Source of the DNA: Candidatus Heimdallarchaeum aukensis
GTDB taxonomy: Archaea > Asgardarchaeota > Heimdallarchaeia > Heimdallarchaeales > Heimdallarchaeaceae
DNA: 64,000 bases
Direction of reading: 5' to 3'
Assembly (NCBI GenBank): GCA_021513695.1
Contig: CP084166.1
Location: 2,400,001 to 2,464,000 of the forward strand
This document shows positions 1 to 11,690 of this stretch, piece by piece. The first letter of the stretch is position 1; every line of letters begins with the position of its first letter. The notes beneath the pieces are model-generated. The model was not told where the DNA came from. It searched no databases and saw only the letters and a list, made by a program, of their open reading frames with translations. Made by a program: the position numbers and the translations under genes.

Positions 1-219
1 GTTGCACAAGTTACAAATAGAACTTAAGTTACTAGGTGGTAATGGTGGAAGATTCTGTTTTTCTCTTGCTTTTTTATGAGCCTTAAAGATATATTCTTCT
101 GATTGTATAGGTCGCTCTTTTAAACAAGAATTACAAATAGTAAGAATTTGAGCTATTAGTTTTTTTTCTCCACATATGCCACAATCACGTCTTGTGTTTC
201 TTTGGTCAGTGAAAAACAT
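1..219 (-). CDS. hypothetical Cys-rich protein (two CxxC pairs), N-terminal part only; continues past window start
   Basis: Minus-strand ATG at 219-217. Translation MFFTDQRNTRRDCGICGEKKLIAQILTICNSCLKERPIQ... stays open to position 1. Zinc-ribbon-like CxxC-x17-CxxC. Confidence 0.35.
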   Translation of the reverse strand, partial: MFFTDQRNTRRDCGICGEKKLIAQILTICNSCLKERPIQSEEYIFKAHKKAREKQNLPPLPPSNLSSICNLCN

Positions 220-305
220 TCAATATAACTAAGTATTACATATTTCTTAATCTTTTGTTGCAAAATAAGAGTAGCAATAGTTCTAAAAAAAAAAGAAAAA
301 TAATT

Positions 306-506
306 TTAAATTAAATTAAACAATTTTTTTCTTTTACGGATAATAATAACCATAGTCATTAAAAACATAATAGCCGTTAAAGAGTAATTCAGTGAGTAAT
401 CTAAAGGAAATGTGTTTAATATGTCAGTATTTGTATCAGTTGTATTTCCACTTGGTTCCTCTCCTTCTCCCAAAATTCTTAGTTCGTGAATAGCTAGTGC
501 AGGCAT
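306..506 (-). CDS. C-terminal membrane-anchor segment (TM helix followed by RKRKK); possibly the 3' part of a disrupted gene continuing from 690..1463
   Basis: Listed 66-aa ORF ends ...LTAIMFLMTMVIIIRKRKKLFNLI, a hydrophobic helix plus basic tail. It lies in the same minus-strand frame as 690..1463, separated by in-frame TGA (690-692) and TAA (561-563). The intervening peptides look protein-like. Confidence 0.3.
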   Translation of the reverse strand: MPALAIHELRILGEGEEPSGNTTDTNTDILNTFPLDYSLNYSLTAIMFLMTMVIIIRKRKKLFNLI

Positions 507-689
507 GCTTTCGTTGTTATATGCTACATCGAAATAGTTGGGCCCTTCTAATGATTGATATTAAGCTAAATTTGTGAAGTATATACTTTCTCCCAAATTA
601 GTTTGAAAATCTCCTCCGTTAATATCTTCTGATCTTAAAGGCTTTGAAAACTCTATTTGTCTCATGTTTTGGTTATAAATAAATGTGGC

Positions 690-1463
690 TCATCCATCAA
701 TTGTTCCTCCGACATCAATGTCACTAATAGGTTCTCCTTTAGTTTGATCAAAAACCATATCTTCGTATGATTCTGGGGTCATTACAGCAAGATCTGTTCC
801 TCTATCAACTTCCAACATATTTGCTGTTTGACCAAACATGAATATATTCGCATCTCCTTCATCATATTTCTCCTCATAGATCTCAAAATAGATATATGTT
901 GTGTATCCATCAGTAACAAAACGAATTTCTCCATCAAAGCGATTATCCTCTTGGATATAGTTATTTTCCCAATCAACAAAATATATAGTAACATGGTATG
1001 TTACTGCTCTATCCCAAAAATCTTCATTTGCATAACCGTCATAAGTAATATCCACCGAAGAGAGATAAACACACTCATAGACTTGATCTGAAAGCAACCA
1101 ATTAACCTTTCCTCCTATTTCTGGAGTGTGGATAATATCTCCATTATCAGTACCAAGTGAGAGACGAATAAATTTGAATGTAGAACCATCCGCAATAGAC
1201 CGATTAGGTCCTCCAGGAGCAGTTGTGTCAATCCAAGCTACAATGAAAACACCAATTGAGTTGCCATAACCTAGATCAAAATCAAAGCCATTGATATCAT
1301 TAGACTGTAATTCTTTTTGAAATTCAAAATATGAACCGTCGTTAGTCATTTTCGTGAATGCATTAACATTATTTTGCCCTCCCCTATCTCCATCGTTAAA
1401 AGGTTCTACGAAAAAAGAATCAAAGCCATGGTCTTCGACTCTATTATCTGAAGCGTTCATCAA
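690..1463 (-). CDS. hypothetical acidic D/G/N-rich protein (possible surface or repeat protein); probable start ATG at 1460
   Basis: 257-aa ORF with non-repetitive composition and many DG/NG motifs. Upstream in-frame TAG at 1518-1520 limits the N-terminus. No signal peptide seen. Confidence 0.5.
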   Translation of the reverse strand: MMNASDNRVEDHGFDSFFVEPFNDGDRGGQNNVNAFTKMTNDGSYFEFQKELQSNDINGFDFDLGYGNSIGVFIVAWIDTTAPGGPNRSIADGSTFKFIRLSLGTDNGDIIHTPEIGGKVNWLLSDQVYECVYLSSVDITYDGYANEDFWDRAVTYHVTIYFVDWENNYIQEDNRFDGEIRFVTDGYTTYIYFEIYEEKYDEGDANIFMFGQTANMLEVDRGTDLAVMTPESYEDMVFDQTKGEPISDIDVGGTIDG

Positions 1464-1757
1464 CTTAATTTTTGTACAATATTCTTGTACGCCAATCTTG
1501 CTCTCGGAAAGATCTGTCTAGGGGGGAGATCTAAACACTCATTAAGCCAGAGGAGAAGGTTGAGCACTCCTCCACCGTGGAAACTGGATGAATAAATCCT
1601 CTCACACGGGAAAGTTAAGTTGTATTTAACTTTTCTTTGATTTCTTTCTTTATGCGCATGTTTTTTTATCCTGACACACCGTGCCAGCTTAGAGAGTAAG
1701 TATTTTTCTTAACATTTATCTTTTTTTTTCACTCTCTACATTACTAATGTCTTTTCA

Positions 1758-2180
1758 CTATTTAAACACCAATTTTTTAATTTGACAAAAATGTACAAAA
1801 AAGTAATCCATGAATATTGCATCAATTGTTTCTCCTTGCTCTTCTCTTCCAAAGAACATTATCTCTGTTGCATAAACTTGTCCTTCTAGATTAGGAATAT
1901 AAACAAAACCATAAAGAAATGAGTTGTCATATGCAAAATTTACTTTTGCAGAAACAATTATGGGTGGATCGTGGGGTTCTATTGGAACCAAATTTATCTC
2001 CACAAGGGAACTATTATCCCATTCTTGAAAGATTCCATCTAATACAATGGTGTCATTATAAGGAGCAATTATTGAGGGATTATCTGTTGTTTCCCCAGCA
2101 TAAAGTAAATTGATTTTTATAATTAATCCAATTAGAAGGCAAGCGAAAAAAATTATTGAAAAAATTTTTCTTTGCTTCAT
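1758..2180 (-). CDS. hypothetical small secreted protein with N-terminal signal peptide/TM
   Basis: N-terminus MKQRKIFSIIFFACLLIGLIIKINLLYAG has a basic n-region, hydrophobic core and AG cleavage-like site. Ends with tandem stops TAG-TGA. Confidence 0.5.
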   Translation of the reverse strand: MKQRKIFSIIFFACLLIGLIIKINLLYAGETTDNPSIIAPYNDTIVLDGIFQEWDNSSLVEINLVPIEPHDPPIIVSAKVNFAYDNSFLYGFVYIPNLEGQVYATEIMFFGREEQGETIDAIFMDYFFVHFCQIKKLVFK

Positions 2181-2307
2181 TTTATCACCAACTATGTTTG
2201 CTTAGACAATGTTTTGATAATATATATTTTTTTCAAAAAGGTAAATTGTAAAAAGAAAAAAACATTTGTTTCTTTTTGGAATATAGGTCGTGAAATGGCT
2301 TTTTAGA

Positions 2308-3465
2308 TTAGCTTTTCTTTTTTTGAGTGATAAGGATTATAACAACTGTTGCTACGATTAGTCCTATTCCTCCTATAATAAATGCTGGATATATGGGTTT
2401 GGAAGGAATAGGTATTTGTTCATCTTCAATTCCCATTAATTTGTTAAGTGCTGCAGTAGCATTTATCAAACCATAACCGAAGTAATTATCTTTCCCCACA
2501 TCTCCAAGATCAGTAGCTGTTTCATGAAAAATGTTTCTTATTTCATCGACAGAGATGGTATTGTTTAGAGATTTCATTAGGGCTATTATTCCTGAAACTT
2601 GAGGGGCAGCAAAAGAGGTTCCCCAGCCGAACATATACCCCTCGGATAGGTAAGGGCCTTTTATTCCTGTTCCTTCATCTCCTACTGGAGCTACTAATTC
2701 AGTCCACTCTCCATAGTTGCTGTAATCAGCTTTTTCTTTGTCATAGTTTGTTGCTCCTACGGCAATTACTTCCTCATAAGCTCCAGGGTAAGACATTATT
2801 TCTTTTCCTCCCCCATATGAAAGCCAAGAGTTACCAGTTATTGAGACTATTGCAACATTATTTTCTATAGCATAAACTATATCATCGTGATAATCTTCAC
2901 TTTCAGAATAGTATTGTAAACTTAAATTAATTACGTCTGCTCCATTATCTACGGCATATCTTATTGCATCACCTAATCCTTTTAACGTAGTTCCTTGATA
3001 ATTATCTGACTTGAGTACTCGAATATCCATAATAGTTACGTTAGGAGCTACTCCTGCGATTCCCTCATCATTGACTGGAGATGCGATAATTCCTGCAATA
3101 AATGTAGCATGCCAATGAATAGGGTCGTCTTCTTCTGGACCAGGGATGCTGTCATTAGAAACAAAATCCCAACCGTGTATATCATCAATATAACCATTAT
3201 TATCGTCATCAATAGAATTGTTTGCAATTTCGTCTTCATTGATCCACACCACATCTTGTAACTCCGGATGTGAAAAATCTATTCCACTGTCAATAACAGC
3301 TATAGTAATATCTCTTGAACCGTTAGTTAATTTCCAAGCTCCATATATGCCTATTTGCTCAAAATACCATGGATTTTCACTAGAAATAGCAAAAGTGTCG
3401 AAATAATAGTTGAATTGATTTAAAAGGAATAGTAAAAGAATCCCAATCACAATTTGTTTTTTCAT
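2308..3465 (-). CDS. subtilisin-like serine protease (peptidase S8) with signal peptide and C-terminal TM anchor
   Basis: Catalytic triad motifs AVIDSGID (Asp), HATFIAGIIAS (His) and GTSFAAPQVSGIIAL (Ser). N-terminal hydrophobic signal. C-terminal hydrophobic stretch followed by KKKS. Confidence 0.9.
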   Translation of the reverse strand: MKKQIVIGILLLFLLNQFNYYFDTFAISSENPWYFEQIGIYGAWKLTNGSRDITIAVIDSGIDFSHPELQDVVWINEDEIANNSIDDDNNGYIDDIHGWDFVSNDSIPGPEEDDPIHWHATFIAGIIASPVNDEGIAGVAPNVTIMDIRVLKSDNYQGTTLKGLGDAIRYAVDNGADVINLSLQYYSESEDYHDDIVYAIENNVAIVSITGNSWLSYGGGKEIMSYPGAYEEVIAVGATNYDKEKADYSNYGEWTELVAPVGDEGTGIKGPYLSEGYMFGWGTSFAAPQVSGIIALMKSLNNTISVDEIRNIFHETATDLGDVGKDNYFGYGLINATAALNKLMGIEDEQIPIPSKPIYPAFIIGGIGLIVATVVIILITQKKKS

Positions 3466-3554
3466 ATTTTATAACTAGATTATGGAAATATATAAGACTA
3501 TAGAAAAATGAAGAATAAGTAATAGAAACGTTCGTTGAAATAATTTAAGAATGA

Positions 3555-6692
<3,138 letters not shown>

Positions 6693-6728
6693 GATAAATA
6701 ATAAAAATAACAACAAAAATTTTGTTCT

Positions 6729-7550
6729 ATGAATGGAAAGAGAGGAAAAAACTTTCGTGTAGTTCCCTTTGAGAAAAATCGGAAAATTATTCTAGATTTA
6801 CTTGAGCAAGGAAAGAAAAGAAATCATGTGAAAGCTTTAGTTGAAGTTGATGTGACTGATGCTAGAGAGTTTTTTAAGAGATACAAAGAAATTAAAGGAG
6901 AAAAACTATCTTTTACTGCATGGATTATATATTGTGTAGCTAAAGCAATAGATGAGAATATAGAAGTAAATGCATATAGAAAGGGAAGAAGAAAAATAGT
7001 TATCTTTGACGAAGTTGATGTGGGAACAATTATTGAAAGAGAAATTGAAGGAAAAAAAATACCCAGAAAATACATAATCAGAGGAGCTAATAGAAAGAGT
7101 TTGATAGATATTCATAATGAAATAAGAGCTGTTCAAAGAAAAGAGATTAGTGGCCCCATACTAGGAAATAAAAAAGAAACAAAATTTGTTAACTTTTTTG
7201 CTTCATTACCTAAGTTTATCAGAAAAATTTTCTGGTGGTGGACAAAACAAAAGCCTGAATTCAGAAAGAAAATGTTAGGGACAATTACAGTTTCATCTGT
7301 TGGTATGTTTGGAAGAACAGGAGGTTGGGGGATAGTTATTTCTTCTGAAACTGTTCATGTTATGATTGGAGGGATTGCTAGAAAACCTGGAGTGGTAGGG
7401 GATGAAATCTCGATTAGAGAGTATTTAGATCTTACATTAATGGCTGACCATTCAATTATTGATGGAGGACCTATAGCCAGACTTCTTCAAAGACTCATTG
7501 ACTTGATAGAAAGCTCTTACGGCTTAGATGACAATCTACTAAAAACTTAA
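6729..7550 (+). CDS. 2-oxoacid dehydrogenase E2-type acyltransferase catalytic domain protein (stand-alone, no lipoyl domain)
   Basis: C-terminal motif LMADHSIIDGGPIARLLQRL matches the DHRxxDG catalytic motif of the E2/CAT-like acyltransferase fold. 273 aa with no lipoyl or E3-binding domains. Confidence 0.6.
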   Translation: MNGKRGKNFRVVPFEKNRKIILDLLEQGKKRNHVKALVEVDVTDAREFFKRYKEIKGEKLSFTAWIIYCVAKAIDENIEVNAYRKGRRKIVIFDEVDVGTIIEREIEGKKIPRKYIIRGANRKSLIDIHNEIRAVQRKEISGPILGNKKETKFVNFFASLPKFIRKIFWWWTKQKPEFRKKMLGTITVSSVGMFGRTGGWGIVISSETVHVMIGGIARKPGVVGDEISIREYLDLTLMADHSIIDGGPIARLLQRLIDLIESSYGLDDNLLKT

Positions 7551-7576
7551 TAAAAAATGAGAAGAAGAGAAAAAAT

Positions 7577-8119
7577 TTACACTTTGTCTGTTATGTGGTC
7601 AACAATTCTGAAAAGCATAGCAAAAGGAGTTAAGGCTCCAAGAATGTAAACAAAGAAGTTAATAATTATAACCACTATTGGAACAGGAATGTATAGAGAT
7701 CCAATTGATAAACCGATCAGGATAACTAAGAATATGATAAATCCTAAAAGTATTTTTAAGGCTCCACCAAACGCACCAAAGAAACTAACCTTCTTAGAGA
7801 ATTTAGGTCCTCTTGTTGCAGTGAAAATAAAAGCTGCAAAACCACCGATCATTATGAACAAAAATCCTAAAATTATTAGTACAAAACCAATAATGCTTGC
7901 TACATTTCCGAAGAAAGCTGTTGGATCTAATAATACACTGAAGTCTCCTCCAATCAAAGCTAAAAGCGCTGTAAAGTCAAACAGGAAAAATCCTCCTACA
8001 ACTAACCCAAAACCAATTATGTTGTAAACTATTGATATTAGTATGTAGATGATTGCTCTTCCATACGATTCAAAAAAATTCGAGATTCCCGACTGTTCTT
8101 TATAAACCATTTTTTTCAC
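7577..8119 (-). CDS. hypothetical polytopic membrane protein
   Basis: 180 aa with 4-5 hydrophobic helices rich in G/F/I/L. Confidence 0.5.
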   Translation of the reverse strand: MKKMVYKEQSGISNFFESYGRAIIYILISIVYNIIGFGLVVGGFFLFDFTALLALIGGDFSVLLDPTAFFGNVASIIGFVLIILGFLFIMIGGFAAFIFTATRGPKFSKKVSFFGAFGGALKILLGFIIFLVILIGLSIGSLYIPVPIVVIIINFFVYILGALTPFAMLFRIVDHITDKV

Positions 8120-8183
8120 CTAATATTTTATTTTTGTAAAGATTTAGTAGAAGAGACATATAAATCTTTGCTATCTTGGAGGA

Positions 8184-8199
8184 GGTAGTGTCTAGTTTT
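8184..8199. repeat. IS left terminal inverted repeat
   Basis: GGTAGTGTCTAGTTTT, the perfect reverse complement of 8930-8945. Confidence 0.85.
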
Positions 8200-8238
8200 C
8201 TTCCGACAAAATATTTGTGGGGACTCTAATAGTAAGAT

Positions 8239-8937
8239 ATGAAAACACAAAAACTATCTACTCTTTTTAAGAGATGCAGAGTCCCCAAAAAAATAATAAT
8301 AAAAGCTATTTATGAATATATTGGTTCAAAGAATGGTTTGAGGACAGTAGCATGGAAGAATGGTTTAACGCATCAAACATTATGGTATTGGGTAAAGAAG
8401 TTCAGGCTCTTTAGGGAAAGTTTACATAGAGTTGTAGCAGAGAGAGGGGGAATACCAGAGATTATAGTAGTAGATGAAACAGAGATTAGGACCTCTCAAG
8501 GCTCAATATATCTGTGGTTCGCGTTAGATCCTTACAACAAGACTTTACTGGGTTTTAGTATTACTAAAGGACGGAGTAATCTTGAATGTTTACTAACTTT
8601 CCGTTATTGGTTCAAATGTTGGGGTTTTAAGCCCCGTATTGTCGTTACAGATGCAGGAGTATGGTATCCTGTCTTACTTCGTCTCGGTATCAAAATCTCT
8701 GTTATCAAAGGTGGTTTACGCTCCTATATTGAACGTTTTAATGCTACTCTTAAGAGTTATCGTTGGTTTCATTCTATTCTCCACTGCACTTGTCCTATCC
8801 GTGCCGTCTATGGCTCTACTCATCTTTCTGGTTTCCTTACTCTCTTTATGCTCCATTATAATTTCGTTCGTCCTCATCAGAGCTTGGGACATCCTCCCCT
8901 TAGTTCCTTTTTACCTAGGAGGTGGTATAAAAACTAG
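8239..8937 (+). CDS. DDE transposase, IS6-family-like
   Basis: 232 aa. VVDETEI...LWFALDP...YIERFNATLKSY resembles the IS6 DDE organisation (DETY..., AID, IEqdHR.iK). Bounded by the TIRs. Confidence 0.75.
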   Translation: MKTQKLSTLFKRCRVPKKIIIKAIYEYIGSKNGLRTVAWKNGLTHQTLWYWVKKFRLFRESLHRVVAERGGIPEIIVVDETEIRTSQGSIYLWFALDPYNKTLLGFSITKGRSNLECLLTFRYWFKCWGFKPRIVVTDAGVWYPVLLRLGIKISVIKGGLRSYIERFNATLKSYRWFHSILHCTCPIRAVYGSTHLSGFLTLFMLHYNFVRPHQSLGHPPLSSFLPRRWYKN

Positions 8938-8945
8938 ACACTACC
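8930..8945. repeat. IS right terminal inverted repeat
   Basis: AAAACTAGACACTACC. Confidence 0.85.
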
Positions 8946-8970
8946 CTTGGAGGAAGAAATATTGTACTGT

Positions 8971-9396
8971 CTAAAAAACAATTGGTGTAATGTAGAGTTT
9001 TCCTCCGATAACAGCTTTGAAGGAAAGAATGTTCTCGGAAAATTCTTTTATTTGCCTTGCTTTTCCTTTAAGAAAAATCGTTTCCAAACACAATTCGTGC
9101 GTAATATGGGCATGCATGGTTGATACAATTATTTCATCATTATCATGTTGTATTTGAGTTAACTTCTCGGAGCTATTAAAAGAATGGTGGTCGTATAAAT
9201 AAGTTAAACTTCCAACAACTTGAACATTAGGGTCAACGTTAAGTTCAGATTTGGCTAAATGTTCCCTTACTATAAATCTAATAGCTTCAGACCTGTTAGG
9301 GAATTTTTTTTCTTTTATCCATTCATCAAGCTTTGAAAGTAACTCTGGTTCGAAAGACACTCCTGTCCTAGTGACATAGGTCTTTTTTTCTTTCAT
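8971..9396 (-). CDS. nikR: nickel-responsive transcriptional regulator NikR
   Basis: N-terminal ribbon-helix-helix VSFEPELLSKLDEWIKEKKFPNRSEAIRFIVREHL. C-terminal metal-binding motif HAHITHELCLE (H-x-H-x3-H-x2-C, as in E. coli NikR HVHLDHDNCLE). Confidence 0.8.
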   Translation of the reverse strand: MKEKKTYVTRTGVSFEPELLSKLDEWIKEKKFPNRSEAIRFIVREHLAKSELNVDPNVQVVGSLTYLYDHHSFNSSEKLTQIQHDNDEIIVSTMHAHITHELCLETIFLKGKARQIKEFSENILSFKAVIGGKLYITPIVF

Positions 9397-9702
9397 AATT
9401 TTCTAACAGCTTTTGAGATTAAAGAATATTTCCTTAAATGAACTTTATATTTAGTTGATTATAAGAGAATACCTTTAATAGAGAATAAAAGTCAATTTGT
9501 TTGCAATTTTATAAAGATGAGAGTGATACTTGTAATTAATTTTGCTTAATTTTATGAAAAATGAAAAGTTTAATTTTTTAACTGTTGTGTGTTTTAAACT
9601 TAATTTTTTTAATAGATAGTATTATTACTTACCATTACTAATTTGTTTTAGTTAAAATGTTTAATGAAAACTTAATCATAAAATCAATTGGAGGATTATC
9701 AA

Positions 9703-10089
9703 ATGGAGCCTGGTGAACACATGATGGATTGGTGGGGTATTCCTTTTATGGGTTATATGATGATTGGAGCAGCACTCGTGCTTGTATTAATTGCATTTCT
9801 GATATATTTAGATGCAGAAAAACGTGGAATGAATGGTTTATTATGGTTTTTCTTGGTTATTGTACCAATGATAAGCGTGGTATCTATTATAGTCTACCTC
9901 ATAATAAGAGTTGATTATCCTGTACAGCAACCAGTTAAAGAAAGCTTATTACACAAACCACAAGTTTATCAAGAAAGCCCAACATCAAAGATTACTGCTT
10001 TAGCAAAGCTTGATGAACGCTATGCTAATGGCGAAATAACTCGTGAAGAATACTATCAGATGAAAAGAGATATTGAGTTATCCCCATAA
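9703..10089 (+). CDS. membrane protein with C-terminal SHOCT-like domain
   Basis: Two TM helices, then LAKLDERYANGEITREEYYQMKRDIE, which is typical of the SHOCT short C-terminal domain. GGAGGA at 9691-9696 precedes ATG 9703; the track start 9688 is TTG. Confidence 0.55.
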   Translation: MEPGEHMMDWWGIPFMGYMMIGAALVLVLIAFLIYLDAEKRGMNGLLWFFLVIVPMISVVSIIVYLIIRVDYPVQQPVKESLLHKPQVYQESPTSKITALAKLDERYANGEITREEYYQMKRDIELSP

Positions 10090-10214
10090 AAATAACCAAT
10101 TTTTTTATTTTTGTCTGTAGAGACTATTAACAAGACCAATAAAAATAGACTTTATATATAAAGCAAAAAGTTTCTGCTTTTTCTTTTTTTATTCTTTTTC
10201 ATTTTTTTGAAATT

Positions 10215-10931
10215 TTAATTTCTTTTTGTTTCTTTTTCAATTACTCCATCTCTCATGTGAATGGTCCTTTTTGCCACTTTTGCAGCAGATAAGTTGTGAG
10301 TAACCATCAAAATGGTTGTATTCTTTTTCTCATTTAATTCTTGTAAAAGTTCTAAAACTCTTTGTCCAGTTTGTGAATCAAGGTTTCCTGTAGCTTCATC
10401 ACATAATAATATGACAGGGTCGTTTACTATACTTCGCATTATTGCTACTCTTTGTCTTTCTCCAGAACTTAATTCTTCAGGAAACTTGTGTTTTAGATGA
10501 TTTAAATCAAAATCATCAAATAGTTTGTTTACTTTTTTTCTTCTCTCGGAGTAATCTTGATAGTCAAAAATGAGTGGAAGTTCCACGTTTTCGTAAGCTG
10601 TTAAACCATCAATTAGGTTGAAAAATTGAAAAACAAATCCTATCTTTCTTCTTCTAAATTTTGCTAGTTCGTTTGGAGAGAATTTAGTTACATTCTCTCC
10701 GTCAATTATTATGGATCCTTCAGTTGGGTGTTCTATTGTTCCAATTAGATTTAGTAATGTGGTTTTTCCACTCCCTGAAGGTCCAACACATGAAACAAAT
10801 TCTCCTTTGTCAATTGAAAAACTTATATCTCTGACTGCTATAACCTCATTTTCTCCAACAGTAAATGACTTTTTTACGTGTTCAACTTTCACAATAGGAT
10901 TCATTCTCGAGAAGACTTCTTTAATATGCAC
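10215..10931 (-). CDS. ABC transporter ATP-binding protein (MacB/LolD-like ATPase subunit)
   Basis: Walker A GPSGSGKTT, Q-loop, signature LSSGERQRVAIMRS, Walker B ILLCDEATGNLD, H-loop VTHN. No adjacent permease gene. Confidence 0.9.
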   Translation of the reverse strand: MHIKEVFSRMNPIVKVEHVKKSFTVGENEVIAVRDISFSIDKGEFVSCVGPSGSGKTTLLNLIGTIEHPTEGSIIIDGENVTKFSPNELAKFRRRKIGFVFQFFNLIDGLTAYENVELPLIFDYQDYSERRKKVNKLFDDFDLNHLKHKFPEELSSGERQRVAIMRSIVNDPVILLCDEATGNLDSQTGQRVLELLQELNEKKNTTILMVTHNLSAAKVAKRTIHMRDGVIEKETKRN

Positions 10932-11087
10932 TAATAAAGTTGTTTAAAAAACATTAAAACTTATCTTTGAGAAATACTGTGCTTCATTTATTTTTCCTTA
11001 AGATTCCTTTTATTTTATGAGCAAAAGTTAAAAAGCATAGACTTTTTTCCACTCAGTAAAACAAAATTTATGGAGTGAATAAATAAA

Positions 11088-11690
11088 ATGGCAGAATTTC
11101 ATTTAACAACACCGATTCATCCAGAAAAACTGGAAGAAATAAAGGTTGGAGATATTGTGTATATCACGGGAACTGTAATTACTGCTCGTGATGAAGCACA
11201 TTTAAAAGCCTTAGAATTGCATAAAGAAGGAAAAAAACCTCCTGTAGACTTCAAGGGCAATGGACTTTTCCATTGTGGACCAGTTATGAAAAAAAACGAA
11301 GATGGTTCGTGGACAGTTGTCGCAGCGGGGCCAACTACTTCTGCAAGAATGGAAATTTTCCAAGATAAGTTCATTAAAGCTTTTCATCCTGGAATCATTA
11401 TTGGTAAAGGGGGAATGATGGAAAGAACAGCAAAAGCATGTCAAGAAGAAAAATGCATTTATGGTTATTTTACTGGGGGAGCAGCTCTTCTAGCTGCTGA
11501 TAGAATTAAAGAGGTAAAAGATGTTTTCTGGCTGGAAGAATTAGGTATGCCTGAGTGTTTGTGGGTCTATCAAGTAGAAAACTTCGGTCCTTTAACTGTT
11601 ACCATTGATGTTCATGGTGGAAACCTTACAGAGGACAGTAAGAAAAATATTATGAAAAACAAAGAAAAAATTTTGGAGGAGATGAAATAA
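11088..11690 (+). CDS. fumB: class I fumarate hydratase / L(+)-tartrate dehydratase beta subunit (C-terminal catalytic domain)
   Basis: 200 aa matching the beta subunit of split Fe-S hydro-lyases (..GTVITARDEAHLKALE..GPTTSARMEIF..). Stop overlaps the next start (TAATG at 11688-11692). Confidence 0.85.
   Translation: MAEFHLTTPIHPEKLEEIKVGDIVYITGTVITARDEAHLKALELHKEGKKPPVDFKGNGLFHCGPVMKKNEDGSWTVVAAGPTTSARMEIFQDKFIKAFHPGIIIGKGGMMERTAKACQEEKCIYGYFTGGAALLAADRIKEVKDVFWLEELGMPECLWVYQVENFGPLTVTIDVHGGNLTEDSKKNIMKNKEKILEEMK

Larger units (their letters stand above)
8184..8945 (+). mobile_element. IS6-family-like insertion sequence (762 bp) with 16-bp perfect terminal inverted repeats and 9-bp direct target duplication
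   Basis: Left end GGTAGTGTCTAGTTTT (8184-8199). Right end AAAACTAGACACTACC (8930-8945), the exact reverse complement. Both ends are flanked immediately by the direct repeat CTTGGAGGA (8175-8183 and 8946-8954). A single DDE transposase ORF fills the interior. Confidence 0.85.

Noticed and set aside
782-1091. Listed ORFs 782..994 (-) and 828..1091 (+) inside 690..1463
   Set aside because: Alternative-frame or antisense ORFs nested in a longer, better-composed ORF. Their translations are hydrophobic and low-complexity.
1490-1650. tRNA or intron-containing tRNA in the GC-enriched intergenic patch
   Set aside because: No TTCGAAT/TTCAAAT T-loop and no 7-bp acceptor stem pairing found on either strand.
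1463-2180. Possibility that 1758..2180 (signal peptide protein) and 690..1463 are one gene split by an intron or frameshift, since both are in the same frame
   Set aside because: 1758..2180 ends with tandem stops (TAG then TGA). The in-frame stretch between the genes carries further stops (TAA at 1716-1718, TGA at 1539-1541, TAG at 1518-1520). They are separate genes.
8639-8974. ORF 8639..8974 (+) overlapping the transposase in another frame
   Set aside because: Out-of-frame overlap within the IS. The transposase frame carries the DDE-like motifs.
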